Positions 1-8,091 of a stretch of DNA of 18,553 bases are shown piece after piece (the first letter of the stretch is position 1; every line of letters begins with the position of its first letter). The notes beneath the pieces were generated by a model. It saw only the letters and a program-made list of their open reading frames with translations. It did no database searches and had not been told where the DNA came from. The stretch is taken from positions 1 through 18,553 of the forward strand of contig JAWOBU010000044.1 of assembly GCA_046484135.1 (NCBI GenBank). The letters run 5' to 3'. This DNA comes from a bacterium (GTDB lineage: Bacteria; RBG-13-61-14; DATKZS01). Both the position numbers and the translations under genes were made by a program.

Positions 1-197
1 TCCACGTCCGGGTTCGGGTAGTAAGGCACGAATGCCAGGCTCGTCCCCTCTTGCGACCGCCCCTCGAAATGAGACACCGACTCCCGCAGAACGAAGTCCT
101 CGTAGTTGTTGAAGCTGTGCAGAAGCGCCAGGTTATAGCCGCATACCAGCCCCAGCACCGCAATGGCCGCGATCCGCCTGCCGCGCGTGCCTTTCCA
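1..197 (-). pseudogene. Fragment of a membrane-protein gene with no convincing start, running off the window edge and fused to the DUF1670 remnant
   Basis: The minus frame from 197 reads WKGTRGRRIAAIAVLGLVCGYNLALLHSFNNYEDFVLRESVSHFEGRSQEGTSLAFVPYYPNPDV and is open to the edge. It has a basic patch, a TM helix and then a soluble segment. No well-spaced start/RBS is present. Confidence 0.4.
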
Positions 198-455
198 GCA
201 ACATGCCAAGGTCCTCCCGGGTGAGAAGACCGCCTTGTTCCCTGGCTTCAACAGGCATCCGCATCATCTGCCGGCGGCGATTGGCAGCGGCTCCGTGCGA
301 TTTATAGACCTCCTTGGTTTTTCCGTGATTATCTCGCCCTCGAAGGGAGAACAATTGGTGCCGCGGCCCACCAAGTTACGGAAGGCGCTCTCCGCGTTTT
401 TGTGCTCCAGCCTGGCCTGAGCTTGATCCTTCTTCTGATTCTGCGATACTATCAC
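198..455 (-). pseudogene. Degraded DUF1670-like gene (frameshift, probable internal deletion, 3' truncation)
   Basis: GTG at 455 gives VIVSQNQKKDQAQARLEHKNAESAFRNLVGRGTNCSPFEGEIITEK. After a frameshift at about 316-322 it continues KEVYKSHGAAANRRRQMMRMPVEAREQGGLLTREDLGMLL. The EA.EQGGLLT.EDL..LL motif is characteristic of DUF1670 proteins. Similarity stops at about 198. Confidence 0.65.
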
Positions 456-502
456 TTTGGGTTCTTTCTTTAGACTGAAATGGAAGTTTCTGTTTTTTTG
501 CC

Positions 503-633
503 GAGCCTCTTGCAAAATTCTGATTATCGAGGTGGTAGTAAAGGCTTTGGATGGTGGGAGCGAGCTCCAGCTCGCGATCATCGAGACCTGGAGGTCTCTC
601 CCACCTTTTCTCCGGCCTTTTTGCAAGAGGCTC
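503..633. ncRNA. Candidate structured RNA: three-way junction inside a 15-bp perfect inverted repeat, upstream of the DUF1670 remnant
   Basis: Outer repeat GAGCCTCTTGCAAAA 503-517 / TTTTGCAAGAGGCTC 619-633. Closing stem GGTGGGAG 553-560 / CTCCCACC 598-605. Hairpins CGAGC-TCCA-GCTCG 561-574 and GAGACC-TGGA-GGTCTC 583-598. Confidence 0.55.
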
Positions 634-688
634 TGCCGACTGAAATAAAATTGGTTCGCTGCTGCGCGGACTTTGATGAGAGGAGAAG

Positions 689-1339
689 ATGAATAAAAGA
701 TGGACAGCTTTTCTGGCGGTGGCGGCGCTGATGTGCTGCCTGGCTCCTGCCATGTCCGAGGAGGAGACTCCCTCCAACCTGCTCCTGGTGCGGGCCGCCC
801 GTGCATGGGTGAAGATGCCCTGCCGCTACGACGGGAGTTACCGGAAGATCAACTACCCCGCCGGCGACCCCGGCGGAAGGGTGGGGGTATGCTCCGACCT
901 GGTGGTCCGCGCCTACCGCGCTTTGAACATAGACTTGCAAGTCCGGGTCCACCAGGACATGAAAAAGAACTTCAGCGCCTATCCCGCCAAAAAACTCTAT
1001 GACCAGACCAGCCCCGATACCAACATAGACCACCGCCGCGTGCCCAACCTGACGAGGTTCTTGGAAAGGCACGGACAATCATTGACGCTTTCCATAAGCG
1101 AGGACGACCTGGACCGGTGGCGGCCGGGCGACATCGTGGTCTTCGACCTGTTGAACAACTCCATCCCCTCGCACATCGGGATCATTTCCGACCGGAAGGC
1201 AGAGAGCGGACTGCCGCTCGTGATCCACCACTTCCCCCCCCGTCCCTCCGAGGACGACGTGCTGGAAAAATGGAAGATCACAGGACATTTCAGGTATTTT
1301 CCGGATGAAGGGGAAGACGCCGGAGTGGACGATCAGTAA
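689..1339 (+). CDS. DUF1287 (YijF-like) secreted protein, NlpC/P60-like Cys/His pair
   Basis: Signal peptide; motifs YDGSYRKINYP.GD, GVCSDLVVRAYR, DLQ..VH.DM, DTNIDHRRVPNL, W.PGDIV, HIGIISD; RBS AGGAG upstream. Confidence 0.9.
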   Translation: MNKRWTAFLAVAALMCCLAPAMSEEETPSNLLLVRAARAWVKMPCRYDGSYRKINYPAGDPGGRVGVCSDLVVRAYRALNIDLQVRVHQDMKKNFSAYPAKKLYDQTSPDTNIDHRRVPNLTRFLERHGQSLTLSISEDDLDRWRPGDIVVFDLLNNSIPSHIGIISDRKAESGLPLVIHHFPPRPSEDDVLEKWKITGHFRYFPDEGEDAGVDDQ

Positions 1340-1371
1340 AAGGACGTGCGCACTCCGGCTGAGTTTGTGGT

Positions 1372-2334
1372 TCACTCCTTTAGAATCCCCTTGCTCCTAA
1401 CCATGATCTCGAAGGTCTCGCGGGTGGAGTAGCGAAAGGTATAACCGAGCTCCTCCCGGAGCCGGCTGCTGTCCAGGACCCACGGATAGCGCATGAAGTC
1501 CAGGAAGGACGCGGGGGCCTTTAAAAGCGGAAGGCGCAGGAACCAGGCCGCCCGGGCCAGCGCCTCCAGCACCTTGTCCGGCAGGTAGAGCGCCCGCCGG
1601 CCCGCTATAGCAACGGCCTCCACAAGGGTGATGGTGTCCGGCGGAGCAAGGTTGAAAGCGCCCTGCCCTTCCCGCTCCAGGATGGTCAGGATAGCGCCTG
1701 CCACGTCGTCCTCGTGGATGAACTGCAAGTCCGGGTTATGCTCCCTCGGGACCGCCACCGCCAAGGGCATGGAAATAAGCTCGGAAAGGTAGTTGTTGAC
1801 CAGACTGCCGTATACCACGCAGGGCCGGATGATGCTGGTGATGGTCTCCGGGTTCTCTTCCATGAACTCCCGGCACAGGAACTCGACCCGGGCTTTGTCG
1901 TTCGCGTAGCGAAAGGTAGGGTGCGGCCGGATGGGATGGTCCTCGTGCAAAGGCACCGGGTTGTCCGGCCAGGCGCCGTAAGCAGTGCCCGAGCTCGCCA
2001 CCAGCACCTGCGGAGTCCCGGCTTTTGCCGCGGCGTGGAGCACCGAGCGCGTGCCGTCCACGTTGATTTTGCGCATGAGCTCTTCATCGTGAATGGGGTC
2101 CACGATAAAAGCCAGGTGCACAAGCACGTCCGGCTTGAGCTCGAGAAGCCAGTCGTAGAGGGCGGGATCGTTTATGTCGAGCTTTCGGAACTCGCCTTTG
2201 TCGTACTTGGCGAGCGGACGCTTGACGTCCATGCCGTGGAAGCTCTCGCACCATGAACTCCGGTCCAGCTCCCGGCAAAGACACCCTCCCAGGTAACCGG
2301 ACATGCCAGTGATGAACACCTTCTTCTTGTCCAT
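1372..2334 (-). CDS. NAD-dependent epimerase/dehydratase (extended SDR)
   Basis: N-terminal ITGMSGYLG (GxxGxxG), HLAF, INVDGT, SS..AYG, YxxxK (YANDK), RP..VYG, QFIHEDDVA. ATG at 2334 follows a G-rich RBS; the ORF track extends to 2379. Confidence 0.9.
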   Translation of the reverse strand: MDKKKVFITGMSGYLGGCLCRELDRSSWCESFHGMDVKRPLAKYDKGEFRKLDINDPALYDWLLELKPDVLVHLAFIVDPIHDEELMRKINVDGTRSVLHAAAKAGTPQVLVASSGTAYGAWPDNPVPLHEDHPIRPHPTFRYANDKARVEFLCREFMEENPETITSIIRPCVVYGSLVNNYLSELISMPLAVAVPREHNPDLQFIHEDDVAGAILTILEREGQGAFNLAPPDTITLVEAVAIAGRRALYLPDKVLEALARAAWFLRLPLLKAPASFLDFMRYPWVLDSSRLREELGYTFRYSTRETFEIMVRSKGILKE

Positions 2335-2449
2335 TGGTTTTCCCCCACTCGCCGGCGGACGTACAAACAAGCGCCTCATTTGGTTCTACGTATTTTATTG
2401 CGGGCGGCTAATCCAATATGTGCTTATGTTAATACATTGATCCAAAGTT

Positions 2450-2824
2450 TCAGGCGATCTCTTCTTCCAGCTCCCTTACGGCTTTCTTTATCATGGGTTG
2501 TGCGCGAGCCGGTATTGCCTGCGGGTCGAGGGAGAGAACCAGGTAGTACTCGGGGGTAACGGGTGTGGTAATAACGTGGAAGTTCTGGAGCAGAAAGGTT
2601 ATCTGTCGGGCGTTTCCCTGGCTGGTTTTTTCTCCCAGCTCTCGGGCCTGGTCGAGGATGATGCCGTGGTGTGCTCCCACCACCTTGATGTGGTAGTTGG
2701 CCCCGTTGTTCTCGGGGTAGAAGACCACTGCTTCGCCTTCCCAGTCGGCGAGGATGGCGAATTTCCCGCCGGGGGTTTGGGACACCAGTTCCTCAAGAAT
2801 TTGCTGCAGCCGCATTGTGGCCAT
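2450..2824 (-). CDS. Roadblock/LC7 (MglB-like) domain protein
   Basis: 124 aa with L..L....PG...AIL.DWEGEAV and PVTPEYYLVL patterns typical of Roadblock/LC7; GGAGG RBS lies inside the smc 3' end. Alternative start at 2815. Confidence 0.75.
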   Translation of the reverse strand: MATMRLQQILEELVSQTPGGKFAILADWEGEAVVFYPENNGANYHIKVVGAHHGIILDQARELGEKTSQGNARQITFLLQNFHVITTPVTPEYYLVLSLDPQAIPARAQPMIKKAVRELEEEIA

Positions 2825-5800
2825 TGCCCTCCTGGAAGCGCACGGACACGAGCTTGGACACGCCTTTCTTCTCCATGGTTACGCCGTAGATGGAGTTGGC
2901 GATATCCATGGTCATCTGGTTGTGGGTTACCAGGATAAGCTGGCTTCTTTCCGCCATCTCGTAGATGAGCTCCTTGAAGCGGGCGATGTTGACCTCGTCC
3001 AGGGCGGCGTCCACCTCGTCGAGGACACAGAAGGGAGAGGGCTTCACCTGGAACAGGGAGATGATAAGGGCGGAAGCGGTAAGCGCCTTTTCGCCCCCGG
3101 AAAGCAGGGCGATGGAGTAGAGCTTTTTGCCGGGCGGCTGGGCCAGGATTTCCACTCCGGTCTCGAGTATGTCCTCGGTGTTGGTGAGCTGGAGATATGC
3201 TTTCCCTCCGTTGAACAGCCTGGGGAACACCTCCTGGAACCTGTTGTTGACCTCTTCAAAGGTCTTCTTAAAGGCCCGGCGGTAAGCGGAGTTGATCTTT
3301 CCTATGGTGACCTCGAGGTTGTCCAGCGCCTGGATAAGGTCCCCCTCCTGGTTGGACAGGAAGGAATGTCTTTCGCTTATCTCCTGGAACTCCTCGATGG
3401 CGGTCAGGTTTACCTCGCCCATGCGGTGGAGCTTGTTCTTCAAGTCTTCCCTTTTCTCCCGCTTTTCTTCGAGGGGAAAGCTTTCCGGGGCCGGCTCGGC
3501 CGCGGATTGCAATAGCTCCTCGAGCTCCTCGGAGCAGCGGTCGCGCACGCTTTCGGCCAGGCTGTCCCACTTCATCTGAAGCTGGGATATGGAAAGCTCG
3601 GTTTCCATGATCTGGTTCTTGATGTTGTCCTTTTGCCGGTATTTCTCCTTGATGTCGGACTCCGTCTCGGTAAGGGACTGGCTTTTCGCTTCGTAGTCCG
3701 CCCGCTTTTCCTCCACTTTCTCTTCCATCTGGCGGGAGGTCTCCGCAGCTTCCTGTCTCTTTCCGATAACCTCTTCTATCTCCGAGGCGAGCTCTTCCAG
3801 CCGCTCGGAAGTGCTTGTAAGCTCGCGGGTTCTCTTTTGGATGCCCGCTTCTATCTCTTCTCTGGTTTTAGTGAGCCTCTCCAGGTGTTGCCGGCGGGCT
3901 TCCAGCTTTTCTTTCAACGCCGCGGCCCGCACCTGGATTTCGGTGTAGGCTTCCCGGGCCTCGTCCCTGCCTTGACGGAGGTCGGAGAGTTCGGCTTCCA
4001 TGCGCTCCCGCTCTTTCTCCGTTTTATCCAGCTCTGCCTGTTTTTTTTCTATGTCGGAGCTGTGCTCGCCGGCTTCGGACTCCAGTTTATGGATTCCCTC
4101 CTCAGAGGACTGAAGCTCCATCTCCAGGGAATCAATCTCCTCTTTCATGGAGTTATAGGTCTCGGTCCCCTGCCGGAGGTCTTTTTCCACGTTGTTCCTT
4201 TCGATCTCCAGCTTATGGGCCTTTTCCTTTTTCTGCTCCCACTGACTTTCGAGCTCCCGGATGCGGGACTCCACCTTCTGGAGCTCGTCTTCGGTCTCCT
4301 GTTTCTTGTGCGAGAGTTCGTCCACCCTGGTCCTCAACTCCTCGATCTCTCTTTTCTTGGACAGGATGCCGCCGAAGGAGTCTTTGCTTCCGCCGACCAG
4401 CACCTCTCCGTCCAGGAGGACCCCGTCGCGGGTCACCAGGGTGTTTCGGGCCGCTGCTTCGCTCAAGAGGCGGGCGGCCGGCTCGATGTCCTCGACCACC
4501 AGCGCGTCTCCCACCAGGTTTTTCACCAGGGGAACGAACCGGTCTTCTCCCGAGATTTTTTCGCACAGAAGCTCGGCGCCCGCTTCCCGGAGGCCGGCCG
4601 GTACCTGCGGCTCCGGTGTGCGGGCGTTTTCCATGGCGATGAAGCTGCTCCTGCCGGCGTTCTCCTGCTGCAGATACTTGATGTTGTCCAGGCCGTGCTC
4701 GGTGTTCTTGACCACCACGCTTTGCAGGCGTTCTCCGAGCACCGCTTCCAGTGCCAGCTCATAGTCGGGGTCTACCTTGATGGAATCGGTTATAAGCCCG
4801 TAGGTCCCGTTCTGTCCCTGGGCCTCGAGCTTCTTTTTCCTCTCCATCACGGACTTGACGCCCCGGTGGTATCCCTCGAAGTTCTTCTCCATCTGCTCGA
4901 GGCTTTCCAGCCGGGAGGAAGACTTTTGAAGCTCGGTCGTGGTCTTCCGGAGCCGCTCGTCAATCACCGCTTTTTCGTCCCTGCCCTTTTGGAGCTTGTC
5001 TCCTTCCTCTTTTATCTCCTGCTTCAGGGAAGATATGTCTTTTCGGACCTGGTAGAGCTTTTCATTATAGGCCAGGTTCTCCCGCCCTTTGGCTTCCAGG
5101 TCGTTTTTCTGCTTCTCGATCCTTTTCTCCAGCCGGTCCTTTTTCTCTTCCAGCTCTTCTTTGCGGACACTTGCCCATTCGATTCTCTCTTTGAGCTTGT
5201 CCACCTCCGACCGCACGGTCTGGGCCTTTTTCTCGAGCTCCTTTACGGCGTCGGTCATCTCGCGGTACTCTTTTTCTTTTCCGGCTTTCTTCTCCTCCGC
5301 CTGTTGCAGGTTTTCTTTTTCAGCCTCGGCCGAGCTTTCCAGCTCCCGGATGTTTTCGGACACCTCGGATATCTCTTTATCCGTGGCCGCAAGCCGCCGG
5401 GCCATGTCCTCTTTTTCCTCTTCCAGTCTCTGCCGGGTCTCCTCCAGGGATTTCTTCTCCTGGTTCTTCATGGCCAGGGCGTTTTCTTCCCGCTCGACCA
5501 GCCGGGAGGCTTCGTTGGCTTTTTCCTGGACCGCTTTCAGGTCAGACTCGGCCTGCGCCAGCTCTTCTTTCCTGGACTCGAGCTCGGAGTTCGCTTTTTC
5601 GAGGGCGGTGTTTACCTCGAGCTCCTGGTTCTTGAGCTCTTCCATGGTCTCGGTTGCGTTTTGGTGCTGTTTCCTGTACTCGAACCCCTGAAAGGCGGCG
5701 AGCTCCAGCTCGATGCTTTTCAGCTCGTCCTTGTATTTTTTGTATCTCTCCGCTTTCTTGGCCTGCCGGTTCAGGGAGTTCATCTGACGGGACAGCTCGG

Positions 5801-6395
5801 AGATGATGTCGCGGAGCCGGGTCAGGTTCTGTCGGGTGGACTCCATCTTTCTCTGGGCCTCGATCTTGCGGGCCCGGTACTTGCTCACTCCCGCGGCCTC
5901 CTCGATCAGGGTCCGGCGCTGGTCCGGCTTCATGGTGATGATCTCTTCTATCCTTCCCTGCTGGATGATGGAGTAGGCCTTGGTGCCGGCGCCGCTTCCC
6001 AGGAAGAGGTCGGTGATGTCCTTGAGCCGGCAGGGGGTCCGGTTGATGTAGTACTCGCTTTCCCCGCTCCGGAACAGCCGGCGGCAGACCTGGATTTCGC
6101 TGTAGCGGCTGTACTCGCCCGGCGCCAGCCCCTCCGAGTTGTCAAAAGTGAGAATGACCTCGGCCATGCCCACCGGCTGGGCTTCGTCCGTGCCGTGAAA
6201 GATCACGTCCTCCATGGACTCGCCCCGCATGTGCTTGGCGCTCTGCTCCCCCATGGTCCAACGGATGGCGTCCACGATATTGGACTTGCCGCAACCGTTC
6301 GGGCCCACGACCAGGCTGATATTGTCGTTGAAGTCCAGCACGGTCCGGTTGACAAAGGATTTGAACCCCTGCATTTGAATCTGCTTTAGCCTCAT
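2793..6395 (-). CDS. smc: Chromosome segregation protein SMC
   Basis: 1200 aa; GFKSF, Walker A GPNGCGKSN, Q-loop IIQQG, coiled coils, hinge (ALEAVLGERLQ..GRSSFI), signature LSGGEK, Walker B/D-loop VLDEVDAALD, H-loop VTH. Confidence 0.98.
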   Translation of the reverse strand: MRLKQIQMQGFKSFVNRTVLDFNDNISLVVGPNGCGKSNIVDAIRWTMGEQSAKHMRGESMEDVIFHGTDEAQPVGMAEVILTFDNSEGLAPGEYSRYSEIQVCRRLFRSGESEYYINRTPCRLKDITDLFLGSGAGTKAYSIIQQGRIEEIITMKPDQRRTLIEEAAGVSKYRARKIEAQRKMESTRQNLTRLRDIISELSRQMNSLNRQAKKAERYKKYKDELKSIELELAAFQGFEYRKQHQNATETMEELKNQELEVNTALEKANSELESRKEELAQAESDLKAVQEKANEASRLVEREENALAMKNQEKKSLEETRQRLEEEKEDMARRLAATDKEISEVSENIRELESSAEAEKENLQQAEEKKAGKEKEYREMTDAVKELEKKAQTVRSEVDKLKERIEWASVRKEELEEKKDRLEKRIEKQKNDLEAKGRENLAYNEKLYQVRKDISSLKQEIKEEGDKLQKGRDEKAVIDERLRKTTTELQKSSSRLESLEQMEKNFEGYHRGVKSVMERKKKLEAQGQNGTYGLITDSIKVDPDYELALEAVLGERLQSVVVKNTEHGLDNIKYLQQENAGRSSFIAMENARTPEPQVPAGLREAGAELLCEKISGEDRFVPLVKNLVGDALVVEDIEPAARLLSEAAARNTLVTRDGVLLDGEVLVGGSKDSFGGILSKKREIEELRTRVDELSHKKQETEDELQKVESRIRELESQWEQKKEKAHKLEIERNNVEKDLRQGTETYNSMKEEIDSLEMELQSSEEGIHKLESEAGEHSSDIEKKQAELDKTEKERERMEAELSDLRQGRDEAREAYTEIQVRAAALKEKLEARRQHLERLTKTREEIEAGIQKRTRELTSTSERLEELASEIEEVIGKRQEAAETSRQMEEKVEEKRADYEAKSQSLTETESDIKEKYRQKDNIKNQIMETELSISQLQMKWDSLAESVRDRCSEELEELLQSAAEPAPESFPLEEKREKREDLKNKLHRMGEVNLTAIEEFQEISERHSFLSNQEGDLIQALDNLEVTIGKINSAYRRAFKKTFEEVNNRFQEVFPRLFNGGKAYLQLTNTEDILETGVEILAQPPGKKLYSIALLSGGEKALTASALIISLFQVKPSPFCVLDEVDAALDEVNIARFKELIYEMAERSQLILVTHNQMTMDIANSIYGVTMEKKGVSKLVSVRFQEGNGHNAAAANS

Positions 6396-6615
6396 GTGTA
6401 AATCCCCTTAAGCTCGTTTGTGTTTCCAAGCTAGCAGATTTTGATGATGTTGTCAAAAGAAAAAAGGCCTCCGTTCCGAGAAAAAATACATAAATCAGCA
6501 AAAGCAGGCATTTACACTTATGCCAAAGAAAGTAAGAAGGGGAGTTTTGCTCGGAATCTCAAAAACAGTCCTTTAAAAACAGATAGTTAGCATATTTCAA
6601 GTGATCCGTGTCGCA

Positions 6616-6640
6616 AATAACAAGATAATTACTTGTTATT
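6616..6640. promoter_or_regulatory. AT-rich palindrome, operator-like, upstream of smc
   Basis: AATAACAAG-N7-CTTGTTATT, with perfect 9-bp arms. Confidence 0.35.
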
Positions 6641-6702
6641 AATGCATAAAGATTTATCTAGAACAAAATCGCTCTATATCTACAACGGTTTTTGATTCTA
6701 CT

Positions 6703-6728
6703 AAAAAGAAGCGGGGTTATCCGCCCCC
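6703..6728 (-). terminator. Intrinsic terminator after the M48 peptidase gene
   Basis: Minus strand GGGGGCGG-ATAACC-CCGCTTCT-TTTT: 8-bp stem with G-U pairs and a U tail immediately after the stop codon. Confidence 0.6.
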
Positions 6729-7616
6729 TTACGGTAGCGGGAACTCCTTTTTCATGCGCCGGTAGCGGTCTTTCAAATCCTTTTGCTTTTTCCAGCCCTT
6801 TTTATCAATGTAGTGTTCTATCTTATCTATTCTTTTATCGGAAGCCGGATGGGTGGACAACAGTATCTCCAGCTTCTTTTTCTTGGCTTTGCCTTTTTGG
6901 AGCTGGTTGAGCATGCCCCGGAGCGCGTAGGGGTTGTAGCCCAGCTTGTAAACGTTCTTGGTTGCGTCATGGTCAGCCTCGAACTCGTCCTGTTTGGTGT
7001 AGCCTTTCCGAATGAGAACCTTCCAACCCGCGTCCGAGACCGACTTTAGAATCTCCGCTTCCTGATGAGATATCTCACCCTCCTCGGTCGCGAAGTCCAG
7101 GCCGTGGTCGAGCACGGCCGCTCCCAGCTTCTGTTTTTTGACCTCTTTCTCGATGTGCCGGTTGGCCACGTGGGCTATTTCGTGGGCCAGGACCCCGGCA
7201 AGCTGGGCCTCGTTTTCAGCCAGCTTCAGAAGCCCCCTGGTTACGAATATATAGCCGCCCGGGCAGGAGTAGGCGTTAACGTCGTCGGTGTTCAGGATGG
7301 CGAACCTGTATTTTATGTCCGGCCTCTTCGAGTAAGGCACCAGGGACCTGCCCATCAGGTTCACGTACAGGTTCCACCTTTCGTGTTTCCATACCCCGCC
7401 GAAGTGCTTGGCCACCTTGGCGGCCAGGACCCGGCCGGTGGCCCGCTCCTCCGGATAGGTCCAGGGCTTGGCCGCCTCGTGGGCGTCCTTGGCAAAGTCA
7501 AGCGCGTCCCCCACATCGTCGGGGAGCTTGAACTGGGCGGAGAGGCTGCCTGCTCCCATGACCATAAGTCCGGCCAGCAGGGCCGCTATAATAACGAGTT
7601 GTTTGCTCTTTTTCAT
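6729..7616 (-). CDS. M48 family zinc metallopeptidase, secreted
   Basis: Signal peptide; VNAYSCPGGYIFVTRGLL, EAQLAGVLAHEIAHV (HExxH), EFEAD, STHP...RI. Confidence 0.92.
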   Translation of the reverse strand: MKKSKQLVIIAALLAGLMVMGAGSLSAQFKLPDDVGDALDFAKDAHEAAKPWTYPEERATGRVLAAKVAKHFGGVWKHERWNLYVNLMGRSLVPYSKRPDIKYRFAILNTDDVNAYSCPGGYIFVTRGLLKLAENEAQLAGVLAHEIAHVANRHIEKEVKKQKLGAAVLDHGLDFATEEGEISHQEAEILKSVSDAGWKVLIRKGYTKQDEFEADHDATKNVYKLGYNPYALRGMLNQLQKGKAKKKKLEILLSTHPASDKRIDKIEHYIDKKGWKKQKDLKDRYRRMKKEFPLP

Positions 7617-7627
7617 GGTGCACCCCC

Positions 7628-7957
7628 TTATTTGCCCTGATAGGGGCCGAGGCCCGCGTCTTTCAGGAACCGCTTGTGGGCTTCCATGCTTAACTGGAAG
7701 TCCTCCATGTAAGAGACAGCCTCCCAGTCATAGCCCTTGTCCCCCATCTTATCTTCCACGTCCACGCCGCGGACACCTGCAACCTCGGTCTTCGGGTCGC
7801 CGGGCTCGGCATTGTCGTCCCAGTCCACGAACACCTTCTTCACCTTTTTCCAGAACCAGCTCTCCTCGTCCGCCCGGGCCAGGTTTCCGGCCAGGGCCAC
7901 CGACAGCACCACCGCCGCGGCCAAGGCAGCTATCCTCAAACCCCTCGGTCTTTTCAT
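7628..7957 (-). CDS. Small secreted protein (109 aa), M48-peptidase partner type with a VAGVRG motif
   Basis: Strong AAGGAGG RBS before ATG 7957; signal peptide ending ARA; TEVAGVRG...AVSYMEDFQLS....RFLKDAGL; stop 11 bp upstream of the M48 start. Confidence 0.8.
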   Translation of the reverse strand: MKRPRGLRIAALAAAVVLSVALAGNLARADEESWFWKKVKKVFVDWDDNAEPGDPKTEVAGVRGVDVEDKMGDKGYDWEAVSYMEDFQLSMEAHKRFLKDAGLGPYQGK

Positions 7958-7997
7958 GCCCGTCCTCCTTGTTAATTGAAACACCGGCAGTCTTTGC

Positions 7998-8020
7998 AAA
8001 GAGGGAGGATGTCCCTCTTT
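7998..8020. terminator. Perfect 9-bp hairpin, possible terminator between the Fe-S gene and the small-protein/M48 operon
   Basis: AAAGAGGGA-GGATG-TCCCTCTTT. Confidence 0.45.
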
Positions 8021-8091
8021 CCCTGTTCGCATGGAAATGTTCGCTTTGCCTCCGGGAGCAGATATCAGCATATCATGTTTAGGGGAGCAGA

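Noticed and set aside
553..605. Hammerhead ribozyme reading of the three-way junction (the minus-strand junction contains CGAUGA and the loops are complementary)
   Set aside because: The CUGAnGA box is incomplete, and neither the GAAA element nor an NUH cleavage site is present at the required junctions.
264..806. 180-aa minus ORF as a full gene
   Set aside because: Its 5' part overlaps the DUF1287 gene and the structured element; only the part from 455 downward looks protein-like.
3633..6389. 918-aa plus-strand ORF and other long antisense ORFs
   Set aside because: They lie antisense to smc or other well-supported genes. The Leu/Phe-rich composition mirrors Glu/Lys codons and no protein motifs are evident.
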